From a virus, in IMG/VR virus record IMGVR_UViG_3300031521_000042, positions 11,883 to 75,882 of that record: 64,000 bases of DNA. The stretch is one strand, 5' to 3'. The first letter of the stretch is position 1; every line of letters starts with the position of its first letter. Below the pieces are notes generated by a model. The model worked only from the letters and a program-made list of their open reading frames with translations, searched no databases and was not told the DNA's origin. The translations under genes and the position numbers were made by a program. Shown piece by piece: positions 8,090-17,336 of the stretch.

Positions 8090-10861
8090 ATGGAAAATAA
8101 AAATGTTCAAATATTATCGATAGAAGGAAAAGATTTAATCACAAAAAAATATGAAGTTAACAAGAATTCTATATATAAAGCTAGTTTAGATGATGCTATG
8201 GAAGTTGATGAATTAAAAAGGTTAAATAAAAAAATAATCAGTTATAATAAAAATAAAAAAAGGTTTTACAGTGATGATATTATGACAGTCACATTTAAGT
8301 ATGCTTGTAAGCAAGAAAGAGATTTGACAGATGAAGAATATGAAAGAGTTCAAAGTTTAGAATTAACCTTACGACTATTAAATGATAAAGTAATAATAAA
8401 AGAAACAAAAGAGTTATTACAAATTGCAAAAAGAAATATAAATAAAAAATCTATTAGAGAACAGATATATAGATATGGATTCAACATATATATAAATGGA
8501 AAACTAAAGCATTTTGTAAGGTATAAAAGATCTAGTGGAAGTGCAAGAGCAGGTAAATGTTTATTTATAAATGAAAAGTATTATAAACATATGATAGATT
8601 GGTCTTTTGCAGGAATACCACATGAAGAAGATATTGAAATGGATTGTGCATCAACGGAATCTTACATTGCACTTCCAACATCATCATGTGTTGACAGATT
8701 TAGATTAAGACCAGAAAATATATTGTTAATAGAAGATGGAAAGTCAACTTTTAATAATAAAGTAATGGCTACTAGATTTATTAATGAAGAAAAAGACGAA
8801 GATGGTAATGTAATAAATGGAGACTTAGATACTAATGTAGAAGAAGCAGAAATAACTAATAAAATATGGGATGGAGAGAATTTATTAGATAGGAGTATAT
8901 TTGAAACTAAAGGATATATGCAAGGAATGATTATAAGAAATCCTTTATTTAAGAATGTATTTAAAAGATATAAAGATAAGGCTATTTTACAAGTTAGAAA
9001 TAGAATGTTTAAAGGTATAGGTGTTAATACAGATATACAACAGTTTTTCAAAGATAATGGAATAACAGATATATCACAATTAAATGGACAAACTATTGCA
9101 ACAGACATAAAACAAATCAAACTAATAACTACTCCATCAAGCGTCAAATATTTAAAATATGGTACATTTGATAATTGGTTAAAGCAAATTATATTAGAGT
9201 GGGGTATTTGTAAATATGAAAAACCTCAACATCATTTCAATGGTATGGTACAGACTCATTATCAGTTAATAAATTCACTAGGAATGAATAAAGAAACTAC
9301 ATATGACTTTCTAAAAGATACGATTAACTACATAAACTTATTAAAAACAGATACGGCAGTATTTAAATATCATTTAGGATTAACTGGAGAAAATAACAAA
9401 GAAGAATTATCTAACAATATTCAAACCAATTCAGATTTTATATTAAACATGCTAGAAATAAATGATGACTTTATAAATACAAAGATTTGTAAAAACTTTA
9501 GAAATGAAGTTGTTAAAAGTTACACAAATAATGCTCGTCATGGTCACATACTTGTAGAAGGGAATTATTCAATAGTAGTATCTTCACCCTTAGAGTTTTT
9601 AAAAGCTAGTATAGGTCAATGGAAGGGAGAAACTTTAATTCAGCCTAATGAATGTGTTAGTAGTAAGTTTGAAGTAGGGGAGGATGTTTTAGGAGTAAGA
9701 TCTCCACAACCAACTATGTGCAATATGAATGTATTTAAAAATACTAAATATAAAGAATTAGATAAGTATTTCAATACAAAAAGTCAAGAAGTTATATATA
9801 TAAGTGCTATTGGGTGGAACATATTTGAATTAGAGAGTTCTATGGATGTAGATGGGGACTCCATGATGCTAACAAATAATAAATATATAACAGAATCAGG
9901 TAAAAACTTATTAGAGAAAATAGTAATAAATAAAAAAGAAATAGATAGATTCTTAGTATCTACTGACTTTACTCCTAAGTTGAGTATAAACAGAAAATAT
10001 AATTGGAAAGACTTAGCTGATACAGATATTAAATGTAGTAGTAATAAAATAGGTGAAATAATAAATCTTGCACAAATGCTTAATAGTGTATATTGGGATA
10101 AGAAATTTAAAGGTGCTAGTGAAGAATATTTATTTTCATTATATAAGGATATTTGTCAATTAAATATTTTATCTTGTATTGAAATAGACCGTTGTAAAAA
10201 ATTGAGTCCAGTAGATGCAAAAAAAGAATTGGATAAAATAAGGAGAAAGGGATATCTAAGTCGTGGGAATATAACTAGAGAAAAAGAAAAGAAAGAAGTT
10301 GGGATTAGACCTTATTTCTTTAAGTTTTTAGATGGGGGAAAGGATTATAAATTTAAAAAGTTTCATACAGGCATGGATTATTTAGAAGAAGTTTTAGATG
10401 ATTATGTTAAAAGAAAAGATGAAAATAGTTATGACGTACCTTTAGTAGACGTATTGGAAAAACAAAAAATAAATAAACAAGATAATAAAATAATAGATAA
10501 AATAAAAAAGAAAAGTAAAGAATTAAAATATCACCAAGCTAAAATATGGAATAGCGAATGTGAAAACAAATGGGAACTAAATAAAGACTTACACGATTCA
10601 ATATTAAATGATATAAAAAAAATACAAATATACCCATCTACCATATACACTATCTTATTGAGAATACATAAATCATTTACTAGCAATAAATATGACGAAT
10701 ATAAACAAATAGGAAAAAGGATAATGACCTTATTATATGAGTCTAATAAATTTGAATTTATAAAATGTATAAAAATAAATACTAAAAATAAGTCATTTAT
10801 AATTGAAACAGATGATGGAAATATAAATTTATATGGGATAAATTTTGAAAAAATAGGCTAA
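8090..10861 (+). CDS. yonO: YonO-like single-subunit DNA-dependent RNA polymerase (cellular RdRP-related fold)
   Basis: 923 aa; RSSGSARAGKCLFI, IWDGE, QVRNRMFKG, THYQLINSL, VRSP, catalytic SMDVDGD (about 9842-9859), IGEIINLAQ, IEIDRCKK. It lies upstream of HU and the late genes, as in SPbeta. Confidence 0.88.
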   Translation: MENKNVQILSIEGKDLITKKYEVNKNSIYKASLDDAMEVDELKRLNKKIISYNKNKKRFYSDDIMTVTFKYACKQERDLTDEEYERVQSLELTLRLLNDKVIIKETKELLQIAKRNINKKSIREQIYRYGFNIYINGKLKHFVRYKRSSGSARAGKCLFINEKYYKHMIDWSFAGIPHEEDIEMDCASTESYIALPTSSCVDRFRLRPENILLIEDGKSTFNNKVMATRFINEEKDEDGNVINGDLDTNVEEAEITNKIWDGENLLDRSIFETKGYMQGMIIRNPLFKNVFKRYKDKAILQVRNRMFKGIGVNTDIQQFFKDNGITDISQLNGQTIATDIKQIKLITTPSSVKYLKYGTFDNWLKQIILEWGICKYEKPQHHFNGMVQTHYQLINSLGMNKETTYDFLKDTINYINLLKTDTAVFKYHLGLTGENNKEELSNNIQTNSDFILNMLEINDDFINTKICKNFRNEVVKSYTNNARHGHILVEGNYSIVVSSPLEFLKASIGQWKGETLIQPNECVSSKFEVGEDVLGVRSPQPTMCNMNVFKNTKYKELDKYFNTKSQEVIYISAIGWNIFELESSMDVDGDSMMLTNNKYITESGKNLLEKIVINKKEIDRFLVSTDFTPKLSINRKYNWKDLADTDIKCSSNKIGEIINLAQMLNSVYWDKKFKGASEEYLFSLYKDICQLNILSCIEIDRCKKLSPVDAKKELDKIRRKGYLSRGNITREKEKKEVGIRPYFFKFLDGGKDYKFKKFHTGMDYLEEVLDDYVKRKDENSYDVPLVDVLEKQKINKQDNKIIDKIKKKSKELKYHQAKIWNSECENKWELNKDLHDSILNDIKKIQIYPSTIYTILLRIHKSFTSNKYDEYKQIGKRIMTLLYESNKFEFIKCIKINTKNKSFIIETDDGNINLYGINFEKIG

Positions 10862-11388
10862 ATTTAAGGAAAAAATATTTTGCCATATGGTCTAAGATAA
10901 GTAGTAGAGCCACTTACATAAGATTAAACTTTGAGGGATTATGGTAGAAGAGTATTTCTATCGAAAATAATTAGATGTTGCAACAATATCAAAGTCTAAT
11001 TCAATTTGTTAAGGAGGATTTATGATAATACCAACTTAATAAGTGGGTGATTGAATTATTTAATTACCCACAACAAAACAAATTAATATAACAATATAAG
11101 ATATCATCGCTTTAATTAGCGTTATATACCAACGCCCTTAAGTGGGCGAAACACCCAATACTTTTAATTTTTTCCCACATCTACCTTTATAATTATTTTA
11201 ATCTCTCTCCTGACATTGGCAAGATACAAACAGGTATTCTTGCCTTGTTGGAGAAAGAAAATATAAGTGATATGAATTGAATGGTAAATTTCAAAATAAA
11301 TTAATGTATAAAACAATGCTTAATTCAACTGAAAAAGTTGTTTTAAAATAAGCGTGACTGCTGAAAACGTCAATAGGAGGAATAAACA

Positions 11389-11955
11389 ATGTATTGCAAA
11401 ATATGTAAGAAAGAAAAATTAGAACAAACATTTTACAAAGGATTTAAAGAATGTAAAGATTGTTTAAAAGAGCATCTAAATAAATTACCTAATACCGTAA
11501 CTTATGAAAAAGTAAAAGAGTTATTACAAAATAATAACTATGTTGTTAATGAAGAATTGTTACATAGTATTTTCTTTAGTGATGAAGATAATGTAAGAGA
11601 AAAAAATAATATTGGTAGATTAGGTCATTATTTAAAGGATATAAATACTCTTCCACAATATAATAAATATAGAATTAAAGTTGTTGAAAAATCAGATATA
11701 GAATTTATAAATGATGATATTAAACAATTAAAAAAGAATATAGAAAAAGCAATTCAAAAAGAAGATTTTAATGCTCATAATAAATGGATGAATTGTTTAA
11801 GAGATGCTATTGAATTAAGAGAAACATTACTAGGAGGTAGTAAATATACTATTAATCTAGGTACTGTTAATGTAAATAGTAATAATGGTATAGAGTTTTT
11901 AAATGAGGTACTTGAATTAGCCAATCAGAAAGCAAGTTTAAAAAGTTATAAATAA
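11389..11955 (+). CDS. Zn-finger protein paralogous to the N-terminal domain of the putative small terminase
   Basis: CKIC..FY..CKDCL and YLKDINTLPQY match CTKC..FY..CKDCL and YIKTINSLKNY of ORF 22624. Confidence 0.6.
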   Translation: MYCKICKKEKLEQTFYKGFKECKDCLKEHLNKLPNTVTYEKVKELLQNNNYVVNEELLHSIFFSDEDNVREKNNIGRLGHYLKDINTLPQYNKYRIKVVEKSDIEFINDDIKQLKKNIEKAIQKEDFNAHNKWMNCLRDAIELRETLLGGSKYTINLGTVNVNSNNGIEFLNEVLELANQKASLKSYK

Positions 11956-12179
11956 ATTAACTTAAAATATAACTTTTATAAGCTATATAATAAATTAATG
12001 TATAAAGAAATAGTGAATAATCAAAGAGTGTTCTTGAGTGAATGAGATTTAAGTCCACACAAAAAGAATCACCTTTGTAATTATAAGTAGAAGTTCTAAG
12101 TGGTTTATCTTAAAGCCACTTTCCATAATCCCTAAATAGGGAAATAAATTAAAAACAAAGAGAGAAAGAGGAGATTATT

Positions 12180-12491
12180 ATGAAGAAAGAACAAGTAATT
12201 GAAGTAATTAAGGAAACATTAGGACTAGAAAGTAAAAAGGAAATAGAAGGTAAGTTTGCTGAATTTGATAAAGTTATTAAAGCAGTAGTAGAAAAACTAG
12301 AAGTAGGAGATAAAGCTAAAATTGGAAGTTTTGTTGAAGTGGAAAAGAAGCATGTTGAAGCTAAACATACAGATGCTAGAGTAGGACGAAATCCAAAAAC
12401 TGGAGCAGAAGTTCAAATAGAAGCTAAGGACTATCTAGCATATGATAAAGTAACAATTAAAGCAACTAAAGCTTTAAGTAAAGCAGAATAA
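12180..12491 (+). CDS. hup: HU/IHF-family DNA-binding protein (YonN-like)
   Basis: Arm motif RVGRNPKTGAEVQI; 103 aa. Confidence 0.9.
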   Translation: MKKEQVIEVIKETLGLESKKEIEGKFAEFDKVIKAVVEKLEVGDKAKIGSFVEVEKKHVEAKHTDARVGRNPKTGAEVQIEAKDYLAYDKVTIKATKALSKAE

Positions 12492-12503
12492 TAAAGATAT
12501 TTA

Positions 12504-12545
12504 AGAAGGACTAGATTAGAAATAATTAGTCCTTCTATTTTATTA
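12504..12545 (+). terminator. Intrinsic terminator after HU
   Basis: agaaggactag..tagtccttct followed by a T-run. Confidence 0.65.
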
Positions 12546-12623
12546 ACAACAAATTAATATAAAAATAAAAGGTTAAAATAATAATATGGTAGTTAGACTA
12601 CTGGGTGGAAGTGGGTAAAAATT

Positions 12624-13865
12624 ATGGAAAAGATAAAATTTTATGATACAAATATATTGCTACATAGTTTAGATATAATAGAAGGAAAAATTTATATTTC
12701 AAGTGTAACCCTTAGTGAATTAGAGAATATAAAAATTTCTGGAAATAAAGATGAACAAGTTAAATTTGAAGCTAGAAAAGTAACTAGATTTTTAAGAGAA
12801 AATGAAGACAGTTATGAATGTATAGTAGTAGAAAAGAAACATTATAAATTATTAGAAAAAATGAATTTACCAATTGACAACGACAACCTAATAATAGCTT
12901 GTGCTAAATTATTAGAAAAGAATTATGAAGTTGAATTTGTAACAGATGATATTTGTTGTTATAACATAGCTAGATTGATGGCAAACTTAAAATGTAGTGG
13001 AATTAAGTCAGATAATAAATTTCAAGAATACAAAGGCTATAAGTCTATTATAATGTCAGATGAAGATATGGCTAAATTTTATGAACAAGAAAATAAAGAA
13101 AACATTTATGGATTATTAATAAATGAATATTTAATTATAAAAAACACATTAAACGAACCAGTTGATGCATGGAAATATATCGGTGATAGATTTGGATTTG
13201 TACAATTAGATGTAAAAAATATACAAAGTAATATGTTAGGTAAATTAAAAGCTAAAGATTTTTATCAACAATGTGCATTAGACAGTTTTTACAATAATAC
13301 AATTACTGTAGTTAAAGGAAGAGCTGGAAGTGGTAAATCACATTTAGCAATGAATTTCTTATTTAGTCAAATGGAAAAAGGTAAAATTGATAAAATAATT
13401 ATGTTTATCAATGATGTACCTGTAAGGGGTGCAAATTTACATGGTTTTCTTCCGGGAGATTTAAAAGACAAACTTTTAGAGTCTCAAATAGGTAATTTTT
13501 TAACAGGTAAACTAGGAGATAAAATGCAAATAATCAATCTAATGTCTATGGGAAAACTTATGCTTTTACCAGTTTCAGACTTGCGTGGATTTGATAGTTC
13601 GGGAATGAATTGTGCAGTGTACATTACTGAAAGTCAAAACATGAGTATAGATATGTTAAAACTTTGTATGCAAAGAATTGGTGAGGATGGAATTTGCATC
13701 ATAGACGGTGATTCTGAAACCCAAGTAGATAACAGACTTTATGAAGGCTCGAATAATGGTATGAGAAGACTTTCAGAAGTGTTTAGAGGACAAGATTTAT
13801 ATGGTGAAGTTGAATTAAATGAATGTTATAGAAGTAGAATTGCAAAAATTGCAGAAGAAATGTAA
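12624..13865 (+). CDS. phoH: PIN-PhoH (PhoH2-like) RNase/ATPase
   Basis: PIN motifs FYDTNILL and DNDNLII..FVTDD; Walker A GRAGSGKS; HGFLPGDLKDKL, LRGFD, TESQN, DGDSETQVD, YRSRIA. Confidence 0.88.
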   Translation: MEKIKFYDTNILLHSLDIIEGKIYISSVTLSELENIKISGNKDEQVKFEARKVTRFLRENEDSYECIVVEKKHYKLLEKMNLPIDNDNLIIACAKLLEKNYEVEFVTDDICCYNIARLMANLKCSGIKSDNKFQEYKGYKSIIMSDEDMAKFYEQENKENIYGLLINEYLIIKNTLNEPVDAWKYIGDRFGFVQLDVKNIQSNMLGKLKAKDFYQQCALDSFYNNTITVVKGRAGSGKSHLAMNFLFSQMEKGKIDKIIMFINDVPVRGANLHGFLPGDLKDKLLESQIGNFLTGKLGDKMQIINLMSMGKLMLLPVSDLRGFDSSGMNCAVYITESQNMSIDMLKLCMQRIGEDGICIIDGDSETQVDNRLYEGSNNGMRRLSEVFRGQDLYGEVELNECYRSRIAKIAEEM

Positions 13866-13905
13866 CAAATAATAAATTAAAACAAATATAAAGGAGATAA
13901 ATAAT

Positions 13906-14241
13906 ATGGCTAAAGCATTAAAAGTAGCTTATAAAGGAATTAAAGCAGAATATAAAAATGATAAATTGGTTGGAGTATTAGAAGTTCTAAATGAAGAAAC
14001 GGGAGAATTAGTAGCAAGTGAGGTAAATATAACCGATGAAGTTCAGGCGTTATTATCAACACTTGAAGAAGATGGAAAAATTGAAGTTACCGTAAAAGAG
14101 TTTAAAGAAAAAGCACCAAAGGAAAGAAAACCTACGTATAAATATCATTGTGGATGTGAAGGTAACGAAATTAAATCTAGTTGTGAAGAATTACATATTC
14201 ACTGTACTGATTGCGATGAAGATTTTGTAAGAGCCGAGTAA
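13906..14241 (+). CDS. Possible YonK-like protein with C-terminal Zn ribbon
   Basis: Size and position between HU and the phosphoesterase match SPbeta; GKIEVTVKE motif; CGC..CTDC at the C-terminus. Confidence 0.5.
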   Translation: MAKALKVAYKGIKAEYKNDKLVGVLEVLNEETGELVASEVNITDEVQALLSTLEEDGKIEVTVKEFKEKAPKERKPTYKYHCGCEGNEIKSSCEELHIHCTDCDEDFVRAE

Positions 14242-14242
14242 T

Positions 14243-14368
14243 ATGAAATGCGATTTATGTGAACATCAACGTGTTTGTATTTACTATGTCAACCACATTT
14301 CTAAACTAGAACAAGAAGAAATTCAAATAACTATAGATGATTGTAGAGAATTTGATGAAGTTAAATAA
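14243..14368 (+). CDS. Small Cys-rich hypothetical protein (41 aa, not in the ORF track)
   Basis: MKCDLCEHQRVCIYYVNHISKLEQEEIQITIDDCREFDEVK, starting right after the previous stop. Confidence 0.6.
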   Translation: MKCDLCEHQRVCIYYVNHISKLEQEEIQITIDDCREFDEVK

Positions 14369-14456
14369 ATTATAGCAGATATCTGAAAAGAATTTGACTA
14401 TAAAAATGGGTGGACAGGGTAGTTATTATTAACATAAATCCAGCCACAAAATAAGT

Positions 14457-14615
14457 GAATTAAATAGAAGTAGAACAGGTAGCTATGCTACATATTGCAT
14501 GGATTGTGAGACGGATTGTACTTAATCGTACTAAGAATAGAAAAATTCTTATAGTTGTAGTCAAACCTAGCGATATGGTGAGAGATGTGGGATTACCAAC
14601 CCACCTATTTAATTC
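14457..14615 (+). ncRNA. Candidate structured ncRNA (element A)
   Basis: 11-bp closing helix gaattaaatag/ctatttaattc with several internal hairpins; shares a core with element B. Confidence 0.55.
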
Positions 14616-14687
14616 CAATAAAATATATAGTCCGATTGAGAAAACATATCTTGGCTGTGAGTGGTGGTCAAATTCATAGGTCACTTT

Positions 14688-14893
14688 TATAAGTGGGACT
14701 TAAAAGAAATAGCATTGGATGGTTTTATATACCATGAAAATATCAGTAGAATATTATATATTCGGTTTGAGATGCGTTTAAATACCTATGTAGACTATGA
14801 TGAGAAACACAAATACTCCTACTTTCGTACAAGGCTGAATTACATCCGTCTGTAAAGGGACATAGGGTGAGGTTGAAAGTGGAATCACTTATA
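14688..14893 (+). ncRNA. Candidate structured ncRNA (element C)
   Basis: Closing helix tataagtg/cacttata and internal helix cctatgt/acatagg; GC-richer than its surroundings; no credible ORF. Confidence 0.4.
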
Positions 14894-14946
14894 TATAAAA
14901 ATTTAACGATTATTAATTTAATAACGAATATTAAACGTGTAACGAG

Positions 14947-15029
14947 AAACTGCATGAAGTAGAAAATGGTTCTCTACACACTCGAAAGAGTATCTGAGAT
15001 GATGGATACACCGACCATCCATGCAGTTT
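14947..15029 (+). ncRNA. Candidate cloverleaf-like ncRNA (element B)
   Basis: 10-bp closing helix aaactgcatg/catgcagttt with three hairpin arms, including actc-GAAA-gagt. Confidence 0.6.
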
Positions 15030-15492
15030 TAATAAAACAACTATTTTATTTACTCATTTACCATGTGTAAAAGGAGTGCGTTGGATTTCGTATTCGATAA
15101 CCAAATATTTAAGAACGGGTATAGATTCCCATAATTAAGTGGAAGTTTAGACTAAGTTGAAATATGCTTGGTTTATCTTCAGACCTCATTAATTGCAAAC
15201 TGAGGGATTTTGTTATTATAGAATTATATTCTTCGGAGATGATTCTATAATATATTGGCTGATGATACTTATGAGAGTGATGGAATTGTAAGTGGAAGTC
15301 TTCTACCTGATTGTATGTGATTCAGTGACATCTAACTCAGGATATGAGGAAAATAAAAAACATATTAAACTAATCACTTGTTAATTATATGAAAGGTATT
15401 TATACCATTTATATTGTAGTGATTCCTAACTAATAGGGATGTTATTAGTCGTAATATAATCATCGCAGATACGTGAAGTCTGCTTTTAATAT

Positions 15493-15580
15493 GTAGGATT
15501 GGGTGAGTGGCTTAAACCGTTTGTTTGCTAAACAAACGTACAAATATGTACCACAGGTTCAAATCCTGTATCCTACGCCA
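15493..15580 (+). tRNA. tRNA-Ser (GCT)
   Basis: Acceptor stem GTAGGAT/ATCCTAC + G + CCA; D-arm GGTGAGTGGCTTAAACC; anticodon arm TTTGT-TTGCTAA-ACAAA; long variable arm; T-arm ACAGG-TTCAAAT-CCTGT. Confidence 0.95.
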
Positions 15581-15841
15581 ACAGAGACATTCACAAGCCT
15601 ATGACTTTTTACTTAGTTCTGCTGGGCTAAAGTTATGCTCAAATAGTGCCGTTTATATAATAGTTGAAGTACAAAACTATTACCTCATAATGCTAGTGGG
15701 TTTCCATACGGGTGAGGATTATTTAATATTATTCCAAATAAGTTTATAGTATAATATATCAATTTATATTATAAACTCAAAAGTACAATATGTAAATAGT
15801 ACAATTAAATATAAAATTAAAAAGTAAAGGGAAGATATGAG

Positions 15842-16066
15842 ATGGTTATGAAAAATGACGGGCGTGAGTCTGCTAAAATGAAAAAGAATAAACAACACAA
15901 GAAATATAAAGATGTTAAATGTGATGATAAACTTTGTGAAGGAGTAATTAATGTAGATTTAGCTATTGAGGTTGGAGATATGGAATATTGCGATACTTTT
16001 AAATCAAGTATATATGTATATTGTCCAATTTGTGGATTGAATCATAAGGTTGAATTAAAGAAATAA
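15842..16066 (+). CDS. Small Zn-ribbon protein
   Basis: CDDKLC..CPICG motif; SD present. Confidence 0.6.
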   Translation: MVMKNDGRESAKMKKNKQHKKYKDVKCDDKLCEGVINVDLAIEVGDMEYCDTFKSSIYVYCPICGLNHKVELKK

Positions 16067-16112
16067 AATAATGTAATAATAAAGGGAGAAATTATTATGA
16101 GGGAGAATTATT

Positions 16113-17330
16113 ATGGGAGATGAAAATTTAAAAAGGAAAGAGAATGAAAGTAAATTATCTTATTTCAAAAGGATTACAGATAATAAAAACGAATATGATT
16201 TAGATTACTCTGAATGGGGAGAATTAATTGTAGGTGAAAAGAAATATAGTTCAGAAAACTGTAGAAAAGCCTATTACATGATAAAACCATTATTAGCACA
16301 ATTAGATTTAGAAGAAATAAATAAATTACCTAAGAATAAAATAGAAGAAGTTACAGAACTAATTGGTGAATTAGATGTTAAAAAACTTGAGGTTAGAAAT
16401 AAAACCAATCAATTAAATAAGATAAAAAGAAATTTTGTGAAAACAATTGAGATTTCAAATGATTTAAAACAATGTATGTTAGATAATTATAAAGATTTTC
16501 CTAAATTTGAATATGAGTCTATAACAGATTTATCAAACAATAAATTAATAGTTCAGGTCAGCGATTGGCATGTTGGTTATGTTATTAACGGATACAAGGG
16601 TAATTATTATAATTATGAAATTGCCAAGAAAAGACTTAATAAATTACTAATGGAAATAGATAAAACTTGTAATACATATGATATTAATTCAGTAGTTGTT
16701 GTTAATTGTGGTGACGCAATAGAGAATTTATACATGCGTCAAAACCAAAGTTATGAATGTGAATTTGATTTATCACATCAGATAGCAAATGCTTCAAAGT
16801 TACTATATAGTTTTATTACTGCAATATCATCAAAGGAAAAAAATGTTGAAGTATATTCAGTAGGTGGAAACCACAGCAGATTGAGTTCAAAGGACGCTAA
16901 TATTGAGGGTGATAATGCAAATGTAATTATCAATGAGAATTTAAAGACGTTTGTTGAAATATCTGAGAATAAAAGAATACATATAAATGACATTGATTAT
17001 ATAGATGATAGTGCTTATTTTGAAATTAATGGAATGAACGTGAAGGTTATTCATGGAGATAATAGAGTTTCAGATAAAAAGAAATTATTTGATTCGGAAT
17101 CTTCAATGGACAATACAGAATATAAGTTGATTTTACGTGGACATGACCATAACTTCAATATTACTTCTCAAAATAATGGAGGATATGTGGTGACTTCAGG
17201 TTCATTGTTTGGATACAATCCTTATTCAGTTAAGAAGATGAGTTGTACTACAAACGCAAGTCAAACATTAATAGTTGTTAATGAAAATGATATAGAATGT
17301 ATTAAGGATATTAACTTACAAATAAATTAA
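16113..17330 (+). CDS. Calcineurin-like metallophosphoesterase (YonJ-like)
   Basis: Motifs SDWHVG, CGDAIE, GGNH, IHGD and GHDH. Confidence 0.85.
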   Translation: MGDENLKRKENESKLSYFKRITDNKNEYDLDYSEWGELIVGEKKYSSENCRKAYYMIKPLLAQLDLEEINKLPKNKIEEVTELIGELDVKKLEVRNKTNQLNKIKRNFVKTIEISNDLKQCMLDNYKDFPKFEYESITDLSNNKLIVQVSDWHVGYVINGYKGNYYNYEIAKKRLNKLLMEIDKTCNTYDINSVVVVNCGDAIENLYMRQNQSYECEFDLSHQIANASKLLYSFITAISSKEKNVEVYSVGGNHSRLSSKDANIEGDNANVIINENLKTFVEISENKRIHINDIDYIDDSAYFEINGMNVKVIHGDNRVSDKKKLFDSESSMDNTEYKLILRGHDHNFNITSQNNGGYVVTSGSLFGYNPYSVKKMSCTTNASQTLIVVNENDIECIKDINLQIN

Positions 17331-17336
17331 AAATAT

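Noticed and set aside
15258-15300. Hammerhead-like CTGATGA-stem-GAAG
   Set aside because: It has GAAG instead of GAAA, no G-C first pair in stem II, and I could not build stems I and III.
15493-15580. Suppressor tRNA or alternative genetic code
   Set aside because: The anticodon is GCT (Ser), not CTA or TCA, and long ORFs read normally in code 11. The terL break changes frame, so stop read-through would not repair it.
14460-15749. Short ORFs in the RNA island (14460-, 14485+, 14661+, 14743-, 15525+)
   Set aside because: No SD, atypical composition, and they overlap the tRNA or structured RNAs.
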